This document shows, one piece after another, positions 49,767-64,000 of a DNA stretch of 64,000 nt. The stretch spans positions 434,001 through 498,000 of the forward strand of contig NEEC01000020.1 of assembly GCA_002189035.1 (NCBI GenBank), written 5' to 3'. The DNA is from Utricularia gibba (lineage: Eukaryota; Plantae; Magnoliophyta). The notes under the pieces were generated by a model that worked only from the letters and a program-made list of their open reading frames with translations, was not told the origin of the DNA and did not search any database. The translations under genes were made by a program, and so were the position numbers. The stretch's first letter is position 1, and each line of letters starts with the position of its first letter.

Positions 49767-52700
49767 ATGGCGGATCTTCCTGGGCGTTTGCGAGTGGAAA
49801 TACTGGAGGAAAATGGTGAAGATCCGAAGGACCCAGAGGGGTGTAGTGTAATCTCTGAGAACGACCGGTGCTCGTGTTCTTCAGGTAATTTTTTCGTTTG
49901 ATCAATCCTTCGTCTTTTCGTGAAAGGACTTGAAGTAGGCTAGGACGAGATGCTGGGGATTGTCTTGCATCTCGATATATCGAGTCAAATTCGCATTGCA
50001 AATGATGAAATCGAAGTTGGGGAAGTAGCTAAATGATATAATTCATGTATCTTGACGGGAGTTAGCAAAATGGAGAGTTCAACAGAGCAGAAGGCGTTGA
50101 TTAGAGATTTAATGGTGGTCCTGAGAAGGAAGAACTGCGTCATATAATAAATTTTCCGTTGAAAAACATGTGTTTAATTCACTGTTGTAACCTTCAAATA
50201 ATACTTCTTGTCCCTCAGTCACCATAGCTTCTCATTACCATGGAAATTGGGCTCCAGTGTAAATACTGTGCTTAGGAAAACATCATGATAATTAAGTAGG
50301 TGTATTTCCTTGGGTCAACTTTGATGAATTTTTTTGTTGTGAAGAACCTTGTTCGTTTGGTGCAGTTAAAGATTTTTTATGTGTTCCTTGGTATGAGCTT
50401 GGCTGAAAAAGTATTTTGAGTGTGTAATGATATTCAGCCGAGGTTTACTTGGGCTTGGGAAGATCTGACTTAATGTCCAACCGCTCTTGCATCTATATCT
50501 TATCTGTTATGCTTAGGTACCGTTGAAAGGATTCTGCCGAAGCAGACATCTGACTGCACGAGCTATGCAACTGAAGGGGTTTTGGATCCATCTTCCAGTC
50601 AGCTTCCCGTGGTTAGGAGAAACAAGTCAGGTTACCTTTGGGAGAAAAGGTTTTATGATGAAAAGATCCCATCAAAGAAGAAGGTTAGCTTAGCATATAT
50701 AGAAGTTGCAGCTCGGTTCCTTTCCCTGTTTCAAACTTCGTTTTTGGTGAAGAAAGAACTACATCCATTTTTCAGCGATCATGTGATATGTTCCACTTTG
50801 TAGTCTTTTTGCCTTTCAAATGCATCCTTTAGAGATACTAAGTGGTTTGATGTCTTCTCATCTGCATAGTTTTATGTTGAAAGATCACTGAAGTAATCAG
50901 CACAACAAAGCCTATTTACACATTTCGGTTTTGCATGCTGAAGCTTAAATGGTTGAAGAGATTTGCTACCATTCAAGGTGATGGGACGGTAAAGTTTGAA
51001 GTTCCTCCAAATATTAAAATTCAAGGAGTAGATTTGAGCAGAAGATTGGCAGCTTCAACTGGAAAAATTGATAGAGAGATCGAAGAAATAGTAGACAGCC
51101 AATTGTTGCCGCCACTCCAGATTGTGATACTGATTGTAGGAACAAGAGGAGACGTGCAACCATTTGTTGCCATTGGCAAACAGTTACAGGTAACCAAAGA
51201 GGTTCTTCTTACATGATAGTCCAAAAATGTTATGATTTCTTCTTTCCTTCTCCCCCTGGCATATGGCTTTCACTACAAACTATCGTTTTGGAGTAAAAAC
51301 TATTGCAGTGCATATTTACTCACTTGGCACCATGGTGGCAGGCAGATGGCCATAGAGTAAGACTTGCAACACACTTGAACTTCAAGGAATTTGTCTTATC
51401 GGCTGGATTGGAATTTTTTCCCCTTGGGGGAGACCCAAAAGTTCTTGCTGCCTGTAAGCTCTTGAAAATGTTCTCCTCTTTTTAATTTTCTTCTTCTTTT
51501 TTGTTAAATCAATTTTTAGCAAGTCGTGTTCCTGAATCTGATGAGCATTTATGGAAGCTTCATGATATTAAGTCTCTAAGTTGACAAAATGGAAGTTGTA
51601 TTGATCCTTGAGTTTATTTTCTCATGTGCATTTCTGTTGCAGACATGGTTAAGAATAAAGGATTCCTGCCTTCTGGGCCTTCTGAAATACAAATTCAGCG
51701 AAACCAAATCAAAGATATCATCTTCTCCCTGCTCCCCGCATGCAAAGATCCTGATCCTGACACAAACATTCCTTTCAAAGTTGATGCAATAATTGCCAAC
51801 CCTCCTGCATACGGTAAGGAATTCCCTTCCCTGAATCTGAACTCTTCTGGGAAGTAGAGAAAGAATAAGATCTCCATGGAAATATTTTTTCCATTTTCTT
51901 ATTAAAACCAACTTTCAAATTGTTTTTATCGGATTTCTCAGGACATACACATGTCGCTGAGGCATTGAAGGTGCCAATACATATTATATTTACCATGCCT
52001 TGGACGTATGCTCTCTCTTCATAACCCTTTATTTCCTTGATAATAAAAAATTCGTTCCATCCTTTATTTTATTGATTTCAAACAGTCCTACAAGTGAGTT
52101 TCCACATCCACTCTCCCGTGTGCGGCAGCAAGTTGGATATAGAGTGAGTACAACCTATATAAAAATCACCAACCTACTGTAGGATTTGATATTCATTTTT
52201 TTTTTTTTTTGAGCAGTTATCTTATCAAATAGTTGAATCTCTTATCTGGCTGGGAACACGAGATATGATCAACGAGTTCAGGAAGAAAAAACTAGGACTG
52301 CGGCCTGTTACATACTTGAGTGGTTCCTATAGTTCTCCATCTCAGACCACCCCTTGTGCTTATATTTGGAGTCCACATCTCGTCCCTAAGCCTAAGGGTG
52401 GGTTTTTTTTTTTTTGGTCTAATTTGCACCAAATTGCCATCTGACACAACTATTTCTCTGCTGCATGATTTAGATAACAATTACATGTATTTAAATGATC
52501 TCCATAGTTTTGATGTTGATAAGCTGAGTTCAGCTCTTCCTGAATTCCAGTTACTGCATTGTTATATATGAGATTTTTTTGTGCTGCCTCAGATTGGGGC
52601 CAATTATTGATGTAGTGGGGTTTTGTTTCCTGGACCTTGCTTCATCTTACGAACCACCCACTGAACTTGTCAACTGGCTAAAAGCTGGTAAAGAGCCGAT

Positions 52701-53763
52701 CTACATTGGATTTGGAAGCCTTGTAAGTCTGTATATTAGGTATTTTCAAGTTTCATTGTTTCGTCTTTGCAGAATCTATGGAATTTCATTTGTTACTTTC
52801 TGTCAGCCAGTTGAAGATCCTGGAAAAATGACGGAGGTAATTGTCAAGGCTCTTGAGATCACTAAATGCCGTGGCATCATTAACAAAGGCTGGGTGGCTT
52901 GGGAGACTGTATGTTCCCTTCCCTGTTTTCCTATTCATCTCTGCAACAAAAAAGTAGATAAACATTGATATTTCGAAATCTGTGGTTATCCAACTCATGA
53001 CAACACAAAATTCTTCTCAGTGGCAGAGCCAAGGGACTTTGTTTACTTGCTGGACAACTGCCCCCACGACTGGCTGTTTCCGCAATGTGCTGCCGTGGTA
53101 TGTGTTTTCGCAAAGACAATTCACAAGTTGTTTTCTTCTGAGACTGATCTCTCGTTCTGTCACATATTCATCAGGTTCATCATGGTGGTGCTGGGACAAC
53201 AGCAGCAAGCCTGAAAGCTGCAGTAATCACCATTTCTTTCTTGCATCATGGATTTTTACAACAGTAACTCTGCGATTGCTACAAGAGGGAAAATTTAATC
53301 TTTTCGTGTTTTTTTCCCTCCCCAGTGTCCAACTACAGTAGTGCCCTTCTTTGGAGACCAACCATTTTGGGGTGAGCGCGTTCATGCCAGAGGAGTCGGC
53401 CCTGCACCAATCCCTATCGAAGAGTTCTCTCTGGATAAACTGGTTGATGCCATAAAATTCATGCTCGACCCCAAGGTGCTTCACTGTCTATCAGTTTTTG
53501 TGTTGGATACATAACAGAAGCCAGGAACAAGCCTGGGTTTCTTTGATGTCCATTGACAAATTTAACGGCTTCACCTTATGACAAACCAGGTGAAGCAGCA
53601 AGCCGTGGAACTAGCAGAAGCAATGAACACAGAAGATGGTGTTGCGGGAGCAGTGCATGCCTTTTATAAGCATTTTCCTCGCAGGATGCCGGAGCAGGAG
53701 CTCAAGAAAAACCCATCTTCAAGATTTTCGTTTCGAGGCTGCTTTCGTTGCTCAAGATCTTGA
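49767..53763 (+). CDS. UGT80A2: Sterol 3-beta-glucosyltransferase, UGT80A2-like (-1 frameshift at ~52893)
   Basis: PPLQIVILIVGTRGDVQPF, HRVRLATHLNF, IIANPPAYG, PIYIGFGSL, PHDWLFPQC, HHGGAGTT and VPFFGDQPFWG; restoring one G gives KGWGGLGD. Confidence 0.93.
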
Positions 53764-54061
53764 GGATTATCGTTTTGTCATCATGGTCCTCTCTTCCTAA
53801 TTCCCTCCTTACCCCTCTACAACCTCAGACTAGATATTTGAATCTGGTTGTCATATTGTATAATTCGTAACAGCTTTTCCTGGTAACCATGGAGGCAACT
53901 TTTGGATGTTACAAGATGCATCGGTATTGAATCCCTTTTTCCCCCACCTACTGAACTGCTCAATGGGAATGCTCCAAACCCTGAATGCTAAACTGATATA
54001 GTTTCACAGCATTTGATTTACAACAGTACATATATGAAAGATGAGGGGTAGCCATGAGTGT

Positions 54062-55263
54062 TCATGATAGCAGAGGGAAACGAACTGAAATCAGTTGATC
54101 AGGTGCTCATGAAAAAAATGCTCCGGATACTTGATAGCTTGAGCACACCATACCATGGCTTTCCCTTTGCTTCGGGGCTCGGATCACCCTCCTGTCTCAA
54201 GTATCTCCTCACACGAGGATGGTGCCAAACATGGCTGAACTTCTCCACAAGCTCTGCCTTGACTAATTCATTCAGCTCAATCGCAGTGATCCCAATTCCC
54301 AAACAAATACGCAACCAGAAGAAAGTACCTCGAGGTGAAGTTTTTCCATGGGCATCCATTGTCCAGGGCCGCATTCATCAGAAAGAACTGTTGCCACTTT
54401 TGACACAATGTCTTTCTCTTCTGACTGCAAGGAGTTGTTCCTCGTCGGCTTCCCTACTAACATGCAACCTTCCATCAACCTGTTTATCTGCAGGAGAATC
54501 CATGTTTCACAGTGAACAAAGGAGAAATCTTCCATCAAAAAATCGATGTAAGATTCAGTGACAAACTTCCAACGAGACAGCAAATTTTGGAACTCACCCA
54601 ATTGCGGAGAACTGCCAGCTTTACCACAAGAACCAAACCCATAGCCGCAATTACTGGAACCATCAACTACATCAAAGACCCTGATTCTCTTGTTTCCAGA
54701 TGACCCATCTTCGCATCCAGCTACACCATCTTCCTCAGTAAGATCATCCTCATAGTACTCTCCTCTCCCTCTTCCCTTCTTCCCATACCCAGAACCGCCT
54801 GCAGAACCAGGGGGCAGCACCATGTGATGCATTAGACTCTGAGCATGAGAAGCAAAGTGATGCGCCGTAGATCCCATAGCATAATTGCTGGGCTGGTGCC
54901 TGGGCCCAACAGGGCCGCCGAGAATACTCCTCACCGGCAACAAAAAGTAGAATTCTTTGTCCCCAATTTGCAAAAGGTCCTGCGAATCTAGCTTCACGGG
55001 AGGATTACCAGGCAGATGGAGAACGCCCTCAACGGAACAGCCATTCTTCCCGAGAACCTCCAGCGCAAATCGACGGCGCTGGAAATCGTAGAAAATGCGG
55101 GCGTGATGGCGGCTAATGTTCATCCCCCGCCTAGGGAGGAAAGGTCGACGTCGACGGAAGACTTCTTGGAGTTCCGGCCGAGCACGATGGAGTATGTCTG
55201 CATGTAGTACTCAAAGTCTTCGCCTTGCAGCTTGGCGAAGCCTGCTTCAACATCGCTCCCCAT
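54062..55263 (-). pseudogene. FHA-domain protein FHA1/FHA2-like: intact-looking FHA domain, degenerate C-terminal exons
   Basis: MGSDVEAGFAKLQGEDFEYYMQTYSIVLGRNSK...NISRHHARIFYDF. One G missing at ~55126, a +1 shift at ~54430, further indels at ~54135, ~54115 and ~54075, and TGA at 54099-54101 in place of the conserved INTRS Arg. Confidence 0.7.
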
Positions 55264-56071
55264 TGTCGTCGATTTAGGGCTTCCATCTTCCAATTTAGGG
55301 CTTCATAATCTTAATTATAATTTATAAATTAAAATAATAATATCAATATCTCATTATTTAAACCAAATAACTTATATCATTTTTTAAACTTTAGTTGAAC
55401 TATATTATACGTTTTACTATTCAATTATTACGAATTTTACGTTCAACTATTTTTGAAAAAAATTCTTATATAAAATTCAAAGAATATATTTATTTATTAT
55501 CATATAATTAATATAAAATATAATTACTATATTTCTGATCTTATAATCTTTTTCATTTAAATAAATAATTTAACAAAAATATTCTCATTATTTTTCACAT
55601 AACCAAATTTTAATTCCTTCCAAATTTTACCATCATCAGTCATGTAACTATACCATCCTTATTATATTGGAATTTATCATAAAATAATGAAAATTAATTA
55701 TATCAATAGAAATTAAATATATTATTTTAATAAAAATCATATAGAATAAACATGATACTTTAGCAAATAACATGAACTTTCGATGTTGAAATACTTCTAT
55801 AAATTATATGAAAATAAAATATTATTCAAATCTATAATATATATATTTAACTACTCATTCTGATGTGCATAAGGCCACAGCGATCAACCATGCCAATTTG
55901 AAAATCATAATGGTTTTCATTCTAAACCTTTCCGCAGTTTCAGTTCCTGTGAACTGGGAGCAAAGCAAGAAAACCAACAAGACTACACTACACAGGCTCT
56001 CGATTTTCTCCAAACCGGTTGCGGATTACTTGATATCTGCAGCAGTTGCATCTTGATTTGCAGCATCATCC

Positions 56072-57523
<1,452 letters not shown>

Positions 57524-58050
57524 GCTACTCCAAAAAATTGTACGACACACGCTTTTGTAAATTTCCCGGGTAAATTCGACTCACTTTTAATCTCATGGTA
57601 AAAAAAAAAAAAAAAAAATTCAGTGTCACCATTTCTATTAATTTCTTTTTTAATTTCGAAAAATATTTTTTAATAAATACTTCCAATAAATAAGAATGTG
57701 TGCCTATTCAATTTCTTAAAAATTATTATATATTTATAATCCAAATCGTTTTTTTATAACAAAACTATTTTTTTAAAAAAATAAATATTGCTCCAAAATC
57801 GACACAAATTTACGAAAACCTAATAAAATCTGTTTCAAAAAACCCGATTTGGCTCGTTTGACCCGCCCCGCCCCGCCCACAAAAAGAACAAAGCGATATA
57901 TAAAAATGACTTTTAATAACATATTTAATTTCTTTAACATATTACCAATTATTTTTTTGCCATAAATTTTAGTTTTTTGAAGACATTTAAATTTTAACAT
58001 ATTAGGTTAAGAGGATAACTAATAGGCTCGTTAATTAAATTGAAATAAAG

Positions 58051-58360
58051 GTGTGTTCTAGAAAATTTGTAAAATTTATTTTTATTTTTAAAAAAGTAAA
58101 AAGTAAAAGTATAAATAATTTATAAAAATAGAAATAAAAAATGAATGTTTTAGAAAATAATGAAAAAATTTGTGAATTTATATTGAAAAGTAAAAATAGA
58201 ATGTAAAAGTAATTTTTACTTACTTTTGCAAAAACAATTTTTAAAGTGTAATACCAAAAATATTTTTAGAAAAAATAGAAATAAAAATAAGTAATGTTCT
58301 GAATTAAAAGTATTTTTAAATTTATAAAAATAAAAATAGGTAATACAAATTTTCTAAGTT
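58051..58360. mobile_element. Possible MITE/foldback remnant (AT-rich, ~40-bp imperfect inverted ends)
   Basis: TAGAAAATTTGTA (58059-58071) is the exact reverse complement of 58344-58356, and the adjacent TATTTTTATTTTTA blocks also mirror. Confidence 0.45.
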
Positions 58361-58589
58361 TAAATTAAATTATAAACAATTTATAATTTTTTAATACTAT
58401 AAAAAAATAAAGGATTCAAACATGAAACTTCACACTACCAAATAGTGCACGGTGCAGAAGTTCATTGAAGCTCGGGAACACGGAGGACAACTGAGTGAGT
58501 TCCAAGTCTTCAAACTAAGGGAAAACACCAACTTCCACATGTCTAAATGACAAGGCCACCAAGCAAGTTCTGGGGTGTTCGAATCTGGA

Positions 58590-60503
<1,914 letters not shown>

Positions 60504-61307
60504 TTTAGCAGAAATATAGTGGTATATCTGAGGCAGCACACGGATCACTTCAATAAATAATCAAAAAGAAGTTCTGACAGAAAAGATTGAACAGTACGAT
60601 GTTAGGGAACGCACTGGGGCAACAAAACCAATACTCCCACCATGAGATTAATGTTCCTAGAAACCCAATAATTATAATTTCCAAGGCCTAAGGAACATTT
60701 CGGCGATATTCCTTAAAAAATGGCTTCTTTGAGGCATTCGCTACCACCAAAAGAACGAAATCTTTTTTAAAAATGAAGTTATTAACAATTAAGAAAACTA
60801 ACATTACTTCTTTTTATATGAATATGATAAAAAGGGAAAAACCCAAAAGCAGGCACCACTAAGTTGGCTTTGAAAAACGCGGGCCATGACATACATAATT
60901 CTCAAGAACACAAGTTTAAGTCTTTTTAAGCACTCTGAAATTACAGCAATTGACCGCCAGCACCCAACATAGAAACAATATCGTGTAAAGACGTTTCACC
61001 AGGAAGAAAATATCAAAGATTGAAAACCAAGACGTAACCGCAACATAGAAACACAAATGTAACAGCTCGCAAGGGAAGAAGTCAGATCTAATATAAGAAA
61101 CTGAACATTACCAAACAAAAAAACCTCAATCCGGGAAAAAAAATACAGAGACCGGAAAGGGAATATCAGGATTCCAACAAATTTGGACGCTCTCACGGAG
61201 GAAGACCATACGTTTACCTTCAAACGAAAGACAAACCAGCAATTCGGAAAGAGAGGGTAGGGTTGAAAAGCGGGGACGCGTCATCTCGCTATCTTTATCG
61301 TGAATAT

Positions 61308-61393
61308 TGGGCTTTTACTGGGCCGATGAGTTCTGGATTTTCTTATTGGGCCACACGCGTCGATAAGCCGTTGACACACGTGTTTGCACGCGT
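61308..61393. promoter_or_regulatory. Compact bidirectional promoter (SCL gene / small plastid-type protein): three site II motifs, I-box, G-box, two ACGCGT
   Basis: TGGGCT 61308, TGGGCC 61319 and 61347, ACGCGT 61355 and 61388, GATAAG 61362, CACGTG 61377. Confidence 0.6.
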
Positions 61394-61503
61394 ACGATCT
61401 TATCAATTTCACCGACATTTTCCCTTTAAATTTGAATTCTTTTCGTCCCACGGCGTAGAGCGAAGCTTCACCACTTCCCCCTCAACTGCGAACACGAGCT
61501 TCG

Positions 61504-61877
61504 GTGGCGACGTCAATGATTCTTTCCTTCTCCGCATCTCGGCTGCCGGTTGTTTCCTCCGCAGCATCTTCGAATCAACAGAAACCGGAATCCGGCCGCC
61601 GAAACGGCAATTGGTGGACTCCAATCTTCGGCTGGCCCTCGGAGCCGGATTACCTTGCCGGCGGCGGCTCTAAGCACGAATCGACGGCTGGGGAGTCGGA
61701 TCCGGCTTCAGATCTGGCGCGGACGGAGAAGAGCATGTTCACGGGATGTTTCACGGATGAGAAGGCGAAGCGCTGCGGAAGAAGACGATTGAGACCTCCA
61801 ATTTTCACGACAGGTGGAATCACTCGGCGATCGCAGCCAGGCTGGCGTCGGACATGTCCGCTGGCCGCGATCGGTGA
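61504..61877 (+). CDS. Small conserved plant protein of unknown function (At1g52720/At3g15630-like), likely plastid-targeted (-1 frameshift at ~61771)
   Basis: NWWTPIFGWPSEPDYL and FTDEKAK.LRKKTIETSNFHD...HSAIAARLASD family motifs. The family-type MATS start reads GTG, and the first ATG is at 61516. Confidence 0.82.
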
Positions 61878-62738
61878 ACCAATCCGGCTTTTCGCCGCCG
61901 TACAAATCCGCCGACAGTTCTCAGCTTTGAAGATGAACTGCTTTTCTTGCTCTTATTCTTAGTAGTATCAACCGATTGCATTTCTCATTTGAACGTTGTC
62001 ACTGGTTTCGTTGGTTTCATTTTTTTCATAGCTGAATAAATAAATATAATCGAATGTTCCAAGAAATCTAGAATATGCTTTGATATTTTATCTAAAAAGA
62101 CAAAATTACCCTTTGACTATTTTTGACCCCATGTTGTCAACAATTATCAAATTAAATTATTCCATAGGAGATGAAATTAAATTATTATTACATATAAAAA
62201 ATAAACTCTACTTTTAATACTGGTTCAAACATTATAATTTCATCTTATTTTAAATCATCCAATTGTTTTACAAAATATTCATATATTAAAAAACACATTT
62301 ACTAAACATACATATGTGAAATATGATTATTTTCAATAATCTGTATATTTTTCGAAATGAGACCACAACCATGCACATGACGATTTGGTATCATATTCCT
62401 GCACAAAACAACACAATGTCCAGATGCATCCCGTCTGCATCGCGACATTGTTAACATTCATGTAGTGTAGCCTACTTCAAGCATTGATGGATCGGTTGGA
62501 AGCCCTCCCAAGGGTGCGGGCCGGACTCTGAGAGGCCGCCATTGCCGACGACTGCAAGGTGAGTGGACAGGAGCACTGTTAGTGAAGAAGAAAAGGGTCA
62601 TCCTTCTAAGTAAAAGGCACACAGTGAGAGAACGCACAGAGCATTTGGGGAGGTCCTTTTGCCGAGAGCTTGGGCAGAGAATCGCTTCATTGCAGATCAC
62701 GCATCTGCTGTGAGAAAGTTTCCATCTTTAGAAGGTCT

Positions 62739-63956
62739 TCAGCTAGGGAGTGACAGTATGGATGCCATTGCTTGAATATGAGAAGGTGAAAAGGAGGGCA
62801 CTCTGGTGAGAGCCAAGCTATATATACACTTCGCCTCGTCGACTTTTCTGTTATTCCACAAGCATTCGAGCAGACGCAGGATGGTATCCGCATTCGGAAA
62901 CTGACTCTTCTGTAGACTATCTTTACATAGGGAGAAAGCCAGGTCTGCAAATCCAGCTTTGGAGAGGTGATGGACCATGGTTTGGCAGAGTTTCTGATTT
63001 CGCTTGTGGCCATTTCTGTGAAACTCAGAATAAACTCTGAGAGCCATACGGGCATTCCCAACTTTGAAAAAGCCCTTGATCACCAGCATGTATGTGACTT
63101 CATCAGGAGGATTTGCATCACTCCGACGCATATGCAGCAACCATTTATTAGCTTCCCAAGCACGTCCTTTATCCACCAGGAACTGGATCCTAACATTGAA
63201 GGTCACAACATTAGGCTCACAACCTCTAATAGCCATCAGATTCCAAAGTCCATTGGCAATTTCTGGCAAATATGCCTTGTAAGAAGCTGAGAGGAGGGAT
63301 GTATATGTAATGACATCAGGAGCAATTCCTAGTTTTTCCATGCCAACCATGATTAAATATGCTTTTTTCAGTAGATTCAAGTCACAGAAAGCCTTGATCA
63401 CAGTATTAACAGACACAATATCGATCTCGATTCCGAATTCAACTGCTACATCCCCTAGAAACCACTCGATGGCATCCGAATCATGGGATTGAGCCAGCAC
63501 CTTCAAAACAGCATTGAAAGATTTGACGGACCTTTTACAACTATACAAATGCATATTAAGAAAGGTATCGACAGCATGCTTACTCATTCCTGCTCTCCCG
63601 TACAGCATTATTATTCGAACTAGGAAACCTTCACGCCTTCCCTGAGGTAAACTCTTCTGATGCTCAAGCAATTCCTCTATGTAATCAAAACGGCCAGCCC
63701 CAGATAACCTAGAAACCATATCCTCAAATGCAAAGCGGTTCTCTATAACTAGCCTGTTGTGGGCATTGGCCTTAAATAGAGCATACAACTTTTCGGGATT
63801 CCTTTCGTGCTTCAGCTTCACAAGCGCAGGCTCATCTATACTACAACGCCGTACTTCGCTTTCACTAGTTCCAAAATGAAGGGATGAAAAACTAGAGGGG
63901 AATTCAGCACAATCAGTACCAACCCTGAGTCTGCGAACAAGACGCAAGGAGAGCAT
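62739..63956 (-). CDS. P-class pentatricopeptide repeat protein, likely mitochondrial (At1g80150-like), intronless
   Basis: 405-aa ORF; N-terminal presequence MLSLRLVRRL; tandem 35-aa repeats (SVKSFNAVLKVL, DIVSVNTVIKAFC, DVITYTSLLSA, NVVTFNVRIQFL). Confidence 0.93.
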   Translation of the reverse strand: MLSLRLVRRLRVGTDCAEFPSSFSSLHFGTSESEVRRCSIDEPALVKLKHERNPEKLYALFKANAHNRLVIENRFAFEDMVSRLSGAGRFDYIEELLEHQKSLPQGRREGFLVRIIMLYGRAGMSKHAVDTFLNMHLYSCKRSVKSFNAVLKVLAQSHDSDAIEWFLGDVAVEFGIEIDIVSVNTVIKAFCDLNLLKKAYLIMVGMEKLGIAPDVITYTSLLSASYKAYLPEIANGLWNLMAIRGCEPNVVTFNVRIQFLVDKGRAWEANKWLLHMRRSDANPPDEVTYMLVIKGFFKVGNARMALRVYSEFHRNGHKRNQKLCQTMVHHLSKAGFADLAFSLCKDSLQKSQFPNADTILRLLECLWNNRKVDEAKCIYSLALTRVPSFSPSHIQAMASILSLPS

Positions 63957-64000
63957 GTTTTAGAAAAAGCCCATGTGTGATTCCTGCGCCGGAATACAAC

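Overview
Eukaryotic (angiosperm, probably eudicot) nuclear DNA with no prokaryote-type systems, CRISPR arrays or recognisable RNA genes. It is very gene-dense: about 21 loci in 64 kb, mostly with short introns, separated by extremely AT-rich spacers. Genes in order: SFT2/Got1-like, NIP5;1-type boric-acid channel, CXE carboxylesterase, SPIKE1 DOCK-GEF, CDKE1/CDK8, an uncharacterised plastid-type membrane protein, DHRS7-like SDR, a GPI-type aspartic protease, clade-E PP2C, LEA_2 protein, class-3-like lipase, a glutaredoxin-domain protein, FT florigen, UGT80A2-like sterol glucosyltransferase, FHA protein, COP10, SCL30A/33-like SR protein, a small plastid-type protein and a P-class PPR. Nine single-base frameshifts, mostly lost G/C in short runs, look like long-read consensus errors. 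Three loci are decayed in ways such errors do not explain: an internally deleted RPN12 relic, a RAD21/SYN4-like cohesin pseudogene and an FHA gene with an eroded C-terminus. The most interesting signals are regulatory: two AUG-stop minimal uORFs in the NIP5;1 leader (boron sensing), TTG in place of the conserved MGSCLS start of the PP2C, a GAAG-rich poison-exon candidate in the SCL gene, and MITE/G-box elements around FT. I found no convincing wholly new multi-gene system. All identities are from recognition by eye, not database searches.
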